From contig NC_043001.1 in assembly GCF_006345805.1 (NCBI RefSeq), positions 19,716,001-19,780,000 on the forward strand: a stretch of 64,000 nt of DNA. The letters run 5' to 3'. Origin of the DNA: Octopus sinensis (lineage: Eukaryota). Under the pieces are notes generated by a model. That model saw nothing but the letters and a program-made list of their open reading frames with translations. It was not told where the DNA came from and did no database searches. A program made the position numbers and the translations under genes. Positions 26,137 to 39,321 of this stretch are shown here, piece by piece (within the stretch, counting starts at the first letter, position 1; every line of letters starts with the position of its first letter).

Positions 26137-26412
26137 ATAATATATATAAATTAGAGAAAAACCACTAGTATGCAATTCAAACAATGATAGACATAAACCA
26201 AATCATAAATAAAGAATAAAACATATTATAAAACATATAATTAAATCACAAAAGTACAAAATAATAAATAACTTATTATATATTGTTTATTCATTTTTTT
26301 GTACTTTTTGTGATCTAGTTATATGTTTTATAATATATTTTATTTCTTCTTTATGATTTGGTTTATGACTATCATTGTTTGAATTACATAATAGTGGTTT
26401 TTCTCTAATTTA

Positions 26413-26420
<8 letters not shown>
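26137..26420. repeat. AT-rich imperfect palindrome with arms of about 125 bp
   Basis: aattagagaaaaaccact...cacaaaagtacaaaa is the reverse complement of ttttgtactttttgtg...agtggttttttctctaatt. Confidence 0.85.
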
Positions 26421-26443
<23 letters not shown>

Positions 26444-26789
26444 AAACTTGGAAAAGGATGCGTGGCATTTGATCATATAATAATATAAATAATATATAAA
26501 TGTATGCATATATACATACCTACATCTATATGTATATATACATGCATATATGGGTACAGGACATTGAAAAAATGTTGAACACAATGAAAACGAAAACACA
26601 AAAACAAAAACATGGAAACAAACTTTTTTTCAAACAACGAAAAAAACAGAGTACAAGACATACAACACAAGGAATATTCCCCTTCTTCAGTTGTCCCTGT
26701 TTCGTCTACTCCGCGTTTCGCAGGTAAGGACAAGATGACTTCGTTGAAACAGTCATGTATATGTATATATATGTATATATATATATATA

Positions 26790-27140
26790 TGCCGTTGCCA
26801 GCTCCACCTCGACTGGCCTCCGTGCCGGTGGCACGTAAAAAGCACCATCTGATTGTGGCCGTTGCCAGCCTCGTCTGGCCCCCGTGCCGGTGGTACGTAA
26901 AAAGCACCATCCGATCGTGGCCGTTTGCCAGCCTCATCTGGCACCTGTGCAGGTGACACATAAAAAGCACCAACTACACTCTCGGAGTGGTTGGTGTTAG
27001 GAAGGGCATCCAGCTGTAGAAACACTGCCAGATCAGACTGGGCCTGGTGTAGCCTTCTGGCTTCCCAGACCCCAGTTGAACCATCCAACCCATGCTAGCA
27101 TGGAAAACGGACGTTAAACGATGATGATGATGATGATATA
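26790..27140 (+). mobile_element. RTE-tail / (GAT)n-ending repeat family S3; about 20 copies across the window (e.g. 3500, 5340, 31670, 32440, 33050, 38500, 39860, 44420, 47160, 49210, 55670, 58397)
   Basis: Shared tail ggcgttaggaagggcatccagctgtagaaa...gcatggaaagcggacgttaaacgatgatgatg; the same tail follows the RTE RT fragment at 1.1-2.1 kb. Confidence 0.85.
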
Positions 27141-27791
27141 TATATATATATATTATATATATATATATATGTATAGGTAGTGGGTAGTGATTTTCTTCAG
27201 GGAGTGATGACCCTGTCTGACATGAGTCTTGGGCTCAGCTGGCTCCGGCTGACAGTACTTGGTATGGGCCCAAGACTCGACATTCTTCTGGCAGCTCCTG
27301 CAACCAAGCTGGGGCTAAACATAATGCTCTGCACTCCTTTGGACTACATCACCAAAGCCAAGAGAGGAAGCCTGACGATTGGGCTACCCAGGATTTTCTT
27401 TCATCTAGCCCAGGCCTGCACAAAACTGGAGAGGACATAAAGTGTAAAAACCTGACTGGTGACATTTTTTTTTGCCTTGGTCAAGTTTGTCATTCTGCTT
27501 GGTTGGTTCCTTGCTGATATGGTCATAAGTCGTTCCGGTTGGTTGGTTCTCTTAAGGGTCATTTCATTGTATTCTCTAAAGTTCGGATTTGATTGGTCTG
27601 TAATTAGGTAACATCAGCAACTGGTGTTTGTAGAATTTCATTGGACTGGAGGTGGGTGATGTCAGCAGTTGATGTTTGTATGGTGATTTGGAGTTACAGT
27701 TTCAGATTGGAAGATTGTTACTAAAGTTTGCAGAAAAAATTTTTTGTTGTTGTTTTTTTTTTTCTTTTCTTTTTACTGCTTTTTCTTCTTT

Positions 27792-28025
27792 CTAAAGGAT
27801 ATTCAGCTGTGGTTTATATTTTTTAATCAGTATGTTTTCCTTATTTGAACGAAATTGGGTTGAAGTGTTTCCAGTGCATTGATAGAGAGGGAAGATTTGG
27901 TATTTAGGGTTTATGTCTACAGGGCATTGATCTAGGTGCTTGCTTAGGGGAATTTTCCTAGTGGTGGGGGTCCCAGATTTGTTGCCTGTGCCCTGTAAGT
28001 CTATCCCTCAAAGTTAAGCTGTGGG
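27792..28025 (-). pseudogene. Penelope-like element GIY-YIG endonuclease C-terminal remnant
   Basis: TLRDRLTGHRQQIWDP, then a 1-nt frameshift, then RKIPLSKHLDQC...KYQIFPLYQC...RSNKENILIKKYKPQLN*. This matches the recalled pattern of the PLE endonuclease C-terminus; the YIG motif itself is missing. Confidence 0.72.
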
Positions 28026-28449
28026 TCCTTCATAACCGAACTTCAGCGAACTTATCCTCCCTTTAAGAGAACCAACTAAACAAAATGACTTATGAGAGTA
28101 TCTGTTTCTTTATTGCCCACAAGGGGCTAAACATAGAGGGGACAAACAAGGACAGACAAACGGATTAAGTCGATTACATCGACCCCAGTGCGTAACTGGT
28201 ACTTAATTTATCGACCCCGAAAGGATGAAAGGCAAAGTCAACCTCGGCGGAATTTGAACTCAGAACGCAACGACAGACGCAATACCGCTAAGCATTTCGC
28301 CCAGTGTGCTAACGTTTCTGCCAGCTCGCCGCCGCAAGAAAACCAACCAAGCAGAATGACAAGTTTGACCATGGAAAAATATATATATACATGTGTGTAT
28401 GTGTATATATATGTATACACACATACCACACACACAAGCACATCTATAT

Positions 28450-28700
28450 ACAAGAGAGAAGACTGTGCCGGTATGGACATGTTATGCATATGGCTGATGG
28501 AAGCTGCATAAAGAAGTGGTGTTTGCTAATTGTGAATGAAACCTGTGTAAGAGGGAGACCCAGGAAGAAAGGAGATGAAGTAGTGATGACTGACTTCAGG
28601 ATGTTTGACCTTCATGGAGGAAATGACAATAGCCTGAGATGATTAACTATTCAGTGTGCTTGAGAAGACCCATCCTTCATGGCAAAACTGGGATCCTTAA
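28450..28700 (+). mobile_element. RTE LINE RT C-terminal fragment
   Basis: Translation QERRLCRYGHVMHM...RGRPRK. Confidence 0.75.
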
Positions 28701-30050
28701 AGCATAATCAGGTCCTACCCCCTGCACTCAATCTGGTCCTGTCAAACTTTCTTATCTTCCTAACACTTATCCCTTTACCACACTTCTTTTATTTTTTTTA
28801 CTGCCCACAAGGGGCTACACACAGAGGGGACAAACAAAAACAGACAAACAGATTAAGTTGATTATATCTACCCCAGTGCGTAACTGGTACTTATTAAATC
28901 AACCCCGAAAGGATGAAAGGTAAAGTTGACCTTGGCGGAATTTGAACTCAGAACGTAGCGGCAGATGAAATACCACTAAGAATTTCGCCCGGCGTGCTAA
29001 CGTTTATGCCAGCTCACTGCCTTTACCACACTTCTAATTACAACACTGCTCAGCTGCTATAATTATATGAGAGCAGAGCTACATATATTTCATTCCCCTT
29101 TTGTGCTACCAGTTATCCCTCTCCCTGGAACCACTTCCTTTTGATAGCCAACCCTCAGTCTCAGTATCTTTCCACTTTATTTTTCCACTGATCTCTCACT
29201 TCTGTGTCACCAATTAGCTCTCCCGTTCCCGAGCTACATCTTATTCTGCCATACCTCGTTCTTACTGCTATCGACTGCCCTCTCTTCCAACTTTGTTCAC
29301 CACTCACTATATCCACCCCATTGTACCTTTGATCTCCATCTCTATCACTGTAAATCTCTCTCTCCTCCCCCTACTCTCTTCCCACACTTGTCATTTACCC
29401 TACCCACTCCACACATCTTATTTCTCATCTATCAGTAATTCATTGTATTGGATCTCTCTAGTCTTTCTGTATCTTCTATATCTTGTTTACTATTCACTAT
29501 ATTTATCTCTATCCCTATCTTTAAACATTTGTCACTCACCTCTCACACTGTTGCAAACTTATCCTCCTACCCTTCCTGATCCTCTGTCCATATTCTCTCT
29601 TCTACTTATTTTGTATCTTGGGTGTATCCCCAGACCCCTTGTCACCACTATCTTTATCTCTCTTTCCAGCTGTTCCCACCTGCCCTTATATTATGAAGGT
29701 AGCCATGTATCTCCTCTATGGCAAATCACCTGTTCCTATCCCTGTGTTGTATTTTAGCTTCACAGTACCTACTACAAAGCCACCTGCCTCTCTACTACTT
29801 CTCCATACAATTGAGGGAGGTTTTTGTCTTGTGAGTTAGTGTAGTGCTGCTGCCATGAAAAAAAAAAAAACTTCCAGTATACTCTGTGAAGTGATCGGCA
29901 TTAGGAAGAGCATCCAGCTGTAGAAATCATGCCAAAGCAGACATTGGAGCTCAGAGCTCATTAGATTTTGTCAAACCATCCAAACCATGCCAGCATGGAA
30001 GATTGATGTTAAATGATGATGATATACATACACACATATCAATATATACG

Positions 30051-30251
30051 TACAATAAGAGGCTTCCAAATAAGAAAGCGTTGTGCTAGAAAGAACAGTA
30101 GAAATCTCAAAAACCACAAAAAAAGGATAAATTCTCAAAACGTTTTTAATTTTCATTCCTTTCGAGAATTTATCCTTTTTTTTTGTGGTTTTTGAGATTT
30201 CTACTGCTCTTTCTAGCACAACGCTTTCCTATTTGGAAGCCTCTTATTGTA
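30051..30251. repeat. Near-perfect palindrome with arms of about 88 bp
   Basis: tacaataagaggcttcc...ggataaattctc pairs with gagaatttatcc...ggaagcctcttattgta. Confidence 0.9.
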
Positions 30252-33200
30252 TTTCTATATGAATAATATATAGTCTAATGACTAATTCGTTTTTTGTGCT
30301 AGGCCACTGGTAATAATAATTTATTATTACCCTATGTATTATGCTTAAATATATACGTACATGTATGTATCAATCAGTCAGAGCGTGATGCTGTCGTCTA
30401 CCTTGTCAGATCTTATTTCTGTCCTCTAGCTTGTCAGATTTTGTTGAACAGTCAAAACCATACCAGCACAAAAGATGGACATGGCACCGGCACCAATGAG
30501 GTCAACTTGTAAGACTGGAGTCCCCAGTTGACTGAGTAGGAAGGTAGGAGATAGGGTAGTTGTTTTAAGCAAGGTGTCGAGAGGTTAAAGTATGATACGG
30601 AGAGCAGGAACAGGTCTACTGTTTGTGGAGGACTTTCATGGCAACCTTGCATTTTACATGGGAAGATGGAGGAGGCTGGAGGAGAGCTAAGAGCTAACAA
30701 AACATAGAGAAGAGAAGGTGCTGGAACATACCCTCATGGTAACCTACCCATAAGATGTATAAAAGGGTGTGAATATAGAAAAATCAAGGAGAGTGTTGGG
30801 TAAGGTTGTAAAAGTATTGACGGAGAGTGATATATACATGGGGTGAAGTGGGACAGATATACATTGGGGATGAATGTAGAGAATGGGGAACAGAGATGGG
30901 ATGGTAAATACGAGTAGGAGATGATGACATTGAAGGGTAGATGATGATTAGGGATAGAAAGAGAGTGGTGATGAGCAGTATAGAGAGAGTGATATGGTGT
31001 GGTTTATAGTAAAAGGTTCTGCTTTTCTGCTTTCATTTCTTATAGCGATAGAATAACGCAGTTGATTGGAGCATGATGGAGAGACAAGTGATAGGGATGA
31101 TGAGGGTAGGATTAAAAGTGGGAAGAGAGTTAGAAATGGATAGCAAGGGGGTAGGTATAGAAGATAAGAATTAGGAATGGATGTCAGTAAGAAGTAGGTC
31201 AGGGATATATGTACATATAAGGCGGCGAGCTGGCAGAAGTGTTAGCACGACGGACGAAATGCTTAGCGGTAGTTCGTCTGCCACTACGTTCTGAGTTCAA
31301 ATTCCACCAAGGTCGACTTTGCCTTTCATCCTTTCAGGGTCGATAAATCAAGTACCAGTTACGCACTGGGGTCGATATAATCGACTTAATCCGTTTGTCT
31401 GTCCTCTCTGTGTTTAGCCCCTTGTGGGTAGTAAAGAAATAAGGAATATATGTACATATATGTACATACATAGATAGTAGAAGACTCTTGCCCGAGTTGC
31501 CACACAATGGAACTGAACCCAAATCCATGTGGTTAGGAATCCAACTTCTTAACAACACAGCCATGCCATCCATAGCCATTGAAATTCCTTGGTAAAGAAA
31601 TAAATGTTTGCATACATTGTCTTTTGTTTCAGTGCATCAGTTACAGATTTTATCATTCATCTCCTTACTGGCACTTGTGCCTGTGCTAGTAGGGTGCCAA
31701 GAGCCCCATCTGAACATGATCGTTGCCAGAGCGGCTAACGGGCTTCCGTGTCGGTGTCACGTAAAAGGCACCATACGAGCGTGATCGTAACCAGCGTCAC
31801 CATACTGGCACCTGTGCCGATGGCATGTGTAAAAAGATTCAAGCGAGGTCATTGCCAGTACCGCCTGACTGGCCAAGTGCCGGTGGCACGTAAAAAGCAC
31901 CCACTACACTCTCGGAGTGGTTGGCGTTAGGAAGGGCCTCCAGCTGTAGAAACTCTGCCAGATCAAGATTGGAGCCTGGTGCGGCCATCTGGTTCACCAG
32001 CCCTCAGTCAAAATCGTCCAACCCATGCTAGCATGGAAAGCGGATGTTAAATGATGATGATGATGATGATGTCGCATATTTAGTTATAGCATGTGGTTCT
32101 GAATGCTGCAGTTTAAAACTCCTGGTGTATTTTATTATTTGGTATGTTTGATGTGTTTGCGTTGTTCTGTGTTGCACTACAAGATGCAATATAGAGGATA
32201 TATGTCTACACATATCTATCCACTACAAATGTATGGAGACACTGGCCATGTCTCTCAAATGATCCAAGTTAAACTGTCTACTCTCTTCCCATCTATTGAA
32301 GTCACAATTGATAAACAACAGCTCATGATTTGAACCAGCCGCTATAAAATCCAATCTTTTGAATGAACTCCTAATCATTCTGGTATATTCCAGTACAGTG
32401 TTTTGTATCTCAATATTTATAATATTTAACAATTACCGCCAGCCTCGTCTGGCACCTGTGTCGGTGGCACATGAAAAGCACCCACTACACTCACGGAGTG
32501 GTTGGCGTTAGGAAGGGCAACACTGCCAGATCTGACTGGCCTGGTGCAGCCTTCGGGCTTCCCAGACCCCAGTTGAACCGTCCAACCCATGTTAGCATGG
32601 AAAGCGGACGTTAAACGATGATGATGATGATGATGATCATACAGCAATAATTATAGCTATTTAAAATGTAGATATACTATCATAGACAGAATTCCATTGC
32701 ATGTTTAACCATGTATCATTTAAAATGGTCTTATCTGGCCTGAATATTCTACCTCTTCTACATTCAAACCAGCCAGATCCAGCCTCTTACACATACCCTA
32801 CAATGTCATTCTAAAAATAACAATCCTATCATCAAACTCTTGAAGCTACGAGATAATGCATGATAAATTCAAAACAATGTGAGTTATAGTTGAGAGTGTA
32901 ATCTGAGTGCTACAGGATTAATAATCAGCATGTACTGGAATTGTCAATTGACTGACAAAATATTTTGACATTTTATAGCATTTAGTACTATCATAAAGTA
33001 CCACAAATTTGAATATAAAAGTGTGTATGTGTGTTTTAAATGGCTATCATGACAATTGTTGCCAGAGCAACAAGCTGGCCTCCGTGCCGATGGCACGTTA
33101 AGCACACCATTCAAGTGTGATCATTACCGCGTCACCTTACTAGCACTTGTGCTGGTGGCATGTGAAATATTCGAGCGAGGTCGTCACCAGTGCCGCTGGA

Positions 33201-33551
33201 CTGGCTCCTGTGCAGGTGGCACGTAAAAAGTACCATTTGGGTGTGGCCGTTGCCAGTACCACCAAACTGGCCCTCGTGCCGGTGGCATGTAACAGCACCC
33301 ACTACACTCTCGGAGTGGTTGGCATTAGGAAGGGCATCCAGCTGTAGAAACTGTCAGATCAGATTGGAGTCTGGTTCGCCAGTCCTCAGTCAAATCATCC
33401 AACCCATGCTAGCATGGAAAGCGGACGTTAAATGATGATGATGATGATGATGATAATTGTTTCACTTTCAACAAACAATCTAATCTCAGTTCAATTCACT
33501 TGACAAACAAATACAATTGGGAAATTAAAACCTTCTTCTTTTAAATTTCAG

Positions 33552-33641
33552 TACATCAGCTGCTCTTGAAATATATAAACTGAACTTAGCAGAAAATGAC
33601 TTGCAAATGCCAATGGTTGGATCAGTACCTTCAGAACACAG
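33552..33641 (+). CDS. SEC31A: SEC31 exon 2 (STSAALEIYKLNL...PSEHR)
   Basis: ttcag| acceptor and |gtatag donor, phase 2-2; continues the frame from exon 1. Confidence 0.92.
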
Positions 33642-34709
33642 GTATAGTATAATTTTTATGTATCTCAGTAACAGGTTTTCACTGTGTGAATGTCTCTGTA
33701 TCCCCTTATTTCATTAATTATTAACCTCCTCAAGTAACCTTTGTTCATCAGTGTTGGTTCTTCTTGTAGTTTATGTACTGCATAAGTGTTCCTTTATATT
33801 GTTTCTGTGCTATAACAATATCTTCTGATTATTCATTTGTGTGCATCTTTTCGGTTTGAACGGCAGTTCTTTCTAGTGGTGTCATATGAAATTGTCACCC
33901 ATAATTATGACCCTAGTATCGATCTATTGCATTTCAATCTGTTTTAGGGTTAGGGTGGGGGAAGGGTATCTTTTTTTCTTCAGAAATGTAAATAAACCCA
34001 ATCTGTTTCTTAAACGAGGGACATATTCATACAGCACAGAATGTTTTCACCTCAATAGATGTCATTGATTGGTTGAAATTGCAGAAATTGAAGAAAAAAA
34101 ACAACAGATATCTTACAAACTATAGAATTTTCTCAATGAAGCCAAGAGAAAAAGATGTTTTATAAACACATTCTACCAGTATACGAAGTTTAAAAGTGTT
34201 TAGTTACGTGGAAATTATTTTAAAAAACTGCCGTTCAAACCAAAAAGATCCCATTTGTGTTGCTTTGTTATCTCCCCGTGTAATATATAAATATGTATAA
34301 ATACTATATTGGATCTTCCCATGTAGTGGTTTATTGCATTAGTATCTCCATATTTATAATCTATTACAACAATGAATGATCTCTGCAAAAATTGAATTTC
34401 CTAATGTATTACTAAACATTATTAGACATAAGCACCAATTTGAGACAGTGCTCCATGGGTCATCAGTAACACAGCCAACTAGTAAGCATATAGCTGTAAA
34501 ATTCAAGACCTATCAGTGGGCCTGTTGCTCTTTATTTGTCTCAAATTGGTACTCATTATATCTCATCATTTAAGTCATAATTAATGATAAGCAGTTTGCA
34601 TTTCCTTATAAAAAAATAAAGAAGTTTTTATCTACCTATTATTGCTGCCAATTCATTTCTTCTCTATCACTGAGGTTTAATTATATTTTGAAATAATATA
34701 CATTATGTA

Positions 34710-35060
34710 TTACGGAGATGTACTTGCATAGCAAGTGACCTGATCTGAGATCGCATGCTGGAACGAAAACAGTTGCAGCGTGGAAGGTGTTTATAAGCCA
34801 TTTGAAAAACACACAACATCCGTTAGATTCACTTCAACATTTAAATTTAATTTGTCAAAATATTTTCGTTGCTTTGAGACCGCGACCTGTTTACTGACAA
34901 AATTCCATACTGCACAAGATGCAGCACGGAATTTTGTCACTGAAGAGGTCATGGTCTCAAAGCAATGAAAATATTTTGGCAAATTAAATTTAAATGTTGA
35001 AGTGAATCTAACAGTTTTTGTGTGTTTCTTAAATGGTTTATAAACACCTTCCACACTGCA
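34710..35060. mobile_element. Fold-back element D with a hammerhead motif and a 12-bp target duplication; truncated sister copy 48574-48736
   Basis: Arms 34773-34905 and 34928-35061; flanking direct repeat atacattatgta at 34698 and 35061. Confidence 0.82.
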
Positions 35061-35184
35061 ATACATTATGTAATTATTGTTTAACTAAAAAATATTAGTT
35101 TATTAGGGCCACAAATTGCTCTATGTAACATATTTGTTGATAAACATCTCACAGAAGTCTAATTTTATATTTTTATATTTTTAG

Positions 35185-35383
35185 GTTTTACAAAATTCTT
35201 TGGGGTTCCCATGGAATCTCAAACAGCACTTGCCCAGCTGGTATAATTATTGCTGGTTCTGAAACTGGCACTGTCTTAGGTTATAATGCTTCCTCGCTCA
35301 TTTCAGGCGAGGAAGTTACTCCTATTTTTAAACAAGACAAACACACTGGATCTGTTAAAGCATTGGATTTTAATATTTTTCAG
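35185..35383 (+). CDS. SEC31A: SEC31 exon 3 (FYKILWG...KHTGSVKALDFNIFQ), WD40
   Basis: tttag| and |gtaatt; matches Sec31 WD40 repeat sequence. Confidence 0.94.
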
Positions 35384-36706
35384 GTAATTCTTTACACTTG
35401 CATTTACCCAGAAAAATAAAATAGCTTCATTATTTAATGTTAGGTGTTCATTACTTTTTTTTTGCAAGAGTGTATGCATGTGTGAAAGTCTGTGCATTTG
35501 TGTAATTGTGAATAAGTGAGATGAGAAGATGAGGTGTAGTATTGTTGTCCTTGAAAGTGGAGGCAATGTGAGGCTGGTGTCATGTAATTAGCACGTAATA
35601 AGCACTTTTTGAGCGTTGGGCTTTGTGGAGGCAATGATAAATGACCAACAGCTTTGGCAATATTCTGTGCTTGAGAAGAAGACCCATCAAGCCAGGTAAA
35701 GTCATAGTTGTGTGGATATTGGTGTCGCACAAGTGGCACCCATGCCAGTAGCATGTGAAATACCCATTACACTCTCAGAGTGGTTGGCATTTGGGAAGGC
35801 AGCCAGTTGTAGAAAGCATGCCAAATCAGACTGGAGTCTGGTTCAGCCCCTCAGCTTACCAGCCCTGGTCAAACCGTCCAACCTATGTCAGCATGGACAA
35901 TGAACATTAAATGATGATGATACACAAATCTATTCCAATTTACAAATGGTAAACATAATACAAATCTTCCTAAAAATGTCGTTATCTCTATTTTTGTGCC
36001 TAGATTTGCAAGCTTTTGCTGCCCAGTAGACTAAAGAAGAAAGATAAGAAATAATTTTTATCTTGTGCACAGTCACTTGTTTCTGTGATTAAAATATTGA
36101 ATTACTAGCCACAAAATAAGAATTTGAAATCCTATTATCGGTGCAGGTGTAACTGTGTGGTTAAGATGTTTACTTCCCAATCACATAGTTCTGGGTTCAG
36201 CCCCACTATGTGGCATCTTGCGCATGTGTCTTCTACTATAGCTCTGGGCTAATCTAAGCATTGTGAGCGGATTTGGGAGATAGGAACTGATAGAAGCTCA
36301 CTGCGTGTTTGTGTGTGTGTGAGTGTTTATGTTTGCGTCTCTTTGTCTTGATATCAGATGATATTTGTAAATGAATATCATTGTCATACAATCAATGTCA
36401 TTCTTTTTCTGTATTCTCTGAGAACATGGGGGAAATATTACCTTGCTTGCAGACAAGTGGGGGTTGGCTTTAGGAAGGGCATCTGACCATAGAAAATCTG
36501 CCTTAATAAACTACATCTGACCCATGCAAGCATGGGAAAGTGGACTTTAAAAATGAGGATGATTATGTTTATTGTGATTTTGTTGTTTCAGAAAAGACTT
36601 CAGTTTACATTTTTGAAAATGTGTGACATTCCCAATTTTCAGTTTGTATGCATAAAATGATTTAAGTATTTTCATAGCATTTATATTTCTTTTATTTCTA
36701 TTTTAG

Positions 36707-36802
36707 CCAAATTTATTAGCGTCTGGCGCTTGTGATTCAGAAATTTACATTTGGGATTTAAATAAACCTGACACTCCAATGACTCCTGGTTCAAAATCAA
36801 TG
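36707..36802 (+). CDS. SEC31A: SEC31 exon 4 ([19 protein letters not shown]...PMTPGSKSM)
   Basis: tttag| and |gtgagt; 32 codons. Confidence 0.94.
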
Positions 36803-38274
36803 GTGAGTGAATATCAATGAGTTTGATACAACTTAATTATTTTGTCATGTAATCACTTCTTATGTTAATTCCCTCATTAACTCTTGGGCATTCAGATTAT
36901 TCTGTCAAATGTAACATTTATGTATTCACGCTGTTTTGAATCACTCATGCATTATCTTGTAGCTTTCAATGATGTGACTTTAATTTTAGAATAACATTGT
37001 TGGGTAGGTGTGAGAGACCAGATCTGACTTGTCTGAACATAAAACAGGTAGAATATTTTGGCAGATTCAAATGCTAAAGTGTCAAAGTATTGTTATCGTG
37101 GTACTATAAACAACTGCATCGTCATATTGCCATTACAACTGGTCACAGTGTCACCATCTATTGGTGTATGACTATATCACCACTATCATTGGTGGTGTCC
37201 ACACCACTAGTGCTTAACAGTCATCAAACGGCACCATCACCACTGGTGATGGTGCTGTTCTGATGATGGTGATACTATTACACTCTCATCTCTTCTACTT
37301 GTATGTAAAGGCATCATCTCCACTGCATGTTTCCTTGTCTTGTGAGGCTGGATCTATACCTGTAAAGTCTACCTCCAAGGCACTGGTTTGGGCAACTTTT
37401 TATATGTAAGACCTGCTGTTGTCCATTCATGCAACTCTCTCTTCTCCACTCTAATGTTGTCCCTGAGAAAAGCAAAGGCCACAACGTCTGTAGTGCCGGT
37501 GTTGCCACAGATGCAAAGAGCCAGAACAAATGCTGCAAGACAGCTCAGTTAGCACTCTGACAAGCAGGGTTGTGGAATCAAATCAAAAAACTTTGACCCC
37601 TCTACTATTGGCACTTCCAACTCTGATTCCTCCTTATGTAATTAAGGGGTTGTGGTCTACATATCTCATAAAGCATATTCATACTCTTGTACTTTGAGTA
37701 GACTTATATGTTATAACTGGTTTATATTAAAGAATAAAGACATTGTGAGTTGGTATAGTTTTACCGACTCCCCCGTAATTGTTTCCGACACTGACTCTGA
37801 CTCCACAGCCCTGTTAGCAAGTCCACCAATTCACTAGACTGGTACTTTATCAACCCTCAAAAGGATGAAATGCAAAGTTGATCTTGGCTGGATTTGAACT
37901 CAGAGCTGAGTGTTGGAACAAATACTGCAAAGCATTATATTCAATAGTAATTATTGCTAGAATATAATCTTACCTAAATCATTATATCATCCTTTAGATC
38001 TCCTTTTCCTTTAAATTCTGCATATATAGCATCATGATATTATCTTAGACCTTGCTTTGTCACTGATGGCTTTTATCTAGTGCTTTTAACTGTTATTTCT
38101 GAGGACAAAACAACTCTGTCCTCTTTGAGTTTCACTTAATCACAGAAATTTTGCTCTTCCACACACACACACACACACACACTCTCTCTCTCTCTCACAC
38201 ACACATTCACGTGTGTGTGAGCATGTATTACAGTTTTACAGTTGGTATATTACTTTGTTTCATGATTGTTTTAG

Positions 38275-38412
38275 CCTCCTGAAGAAGTGACTTGTATTGC
38301 TTGGAACTGTCAAGTTCAACATATCCTGGCTTCTACATTCTCGGCTAGATGTGTTGTCTGGGATCTACGGAAGAATGAGCCTATTATTAAAATTAGTGAC
38401 AGTATGTCTGGG
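38275..38412 (+). CDS. SEC31A: SEC31 exon 5 ([11 protein letters not shown]...[14 protein letters not shown])
   Basis: tttag| and |gtaagt; 46 codons. Confidence 0.94.
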
Positions 38413-39178
38413 GTAAGTGATTTTGTTCTTCAACATTGATTTAAATCTAACAAATATGTAAACTTTTTTTTCCTCTTCCCTCTGATTCTGTCTAAGAATT
38501 TGTTTTATGCTGCCAGTGCTGCCTAACTGGCACCTGTGCCAGTGGCACATAAAAGGCATCATTCGAATGTGGTTATTGCCAGTGCTGTCTGACTGGCTCC
38601 TGTGCCAGTGGCACGAAAAAGCATCATTCGAGTGTGGTCAGTGCCAGTACTGCCTAATTGGCCCTCATGCCGGTGGCTCGTAAAGTACCCACTACACTCT
38701 CAGAATGGCTGGCATTAGGAAGGACATCCAGCTGTAGAAACCTTGCCAGATCAGATTGGGGCCTGTTGTAGCCTTCTGGCTTGCCAGTCCTCAGTCAAAC
38801 CGTTCAACCCATGCCAGCATGGAAAGCAGATGTTAAATGATGTTGACTTTAGCTGTGTATTTGTTTCAGTATTTCAGAGAACATTTTTTTTAAATGCTAT
38901 TGAGAAAGCTTTTACACTTCAAAAAACAACCTACAAACTTTTCATTTCTTGTAATTCTTCTTTTAATTTGGTCACATAAGTTTGTATGGATAGTTTTGTA
39001 CTTCTTGAAAATTCAGATCTATAATTTGAGAGTCTAATGTGATAACTACTTAATAATTTTGTTTCTACTGTAATGATGTTGATAATTATTCGAAAAGAAA
39101 CGTTTTACCCTCTGACATGATTTTTAAATGAATAATGTTTAAATTAAATAACTATTCAAGATGTTTATTTAATTTCAG

Positions 39179-39321
39179 ATTAAAAGTAGATTAACTGCCT
39201 GGAGTCCGGATGTAGCAACTCAACTTTGTTTATCTTCTGAAGATGATCACACACCAGTCATACAACTGTGGGATTTACGTTACGCAACGTCACCTTTACG
39301 CTCATTTGAAAAACACCAAAG
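39179..39321 (+). CDS. SEC31A: SEC31 exon 6 ([17 protein letters not shown]...[10 protein letters not shown])
   Basis: ttcag| and |gtttgt; phase 0-2. Confidence 0.94.

Noticed and set aside
26655-26755. Fifth hammerhead (minus-strand CTGAAGA and GAAACGCG)
   Set aside because: The order and pairing of the motifs do not build stems I-III; at most a degenerate PLE-related fragment.
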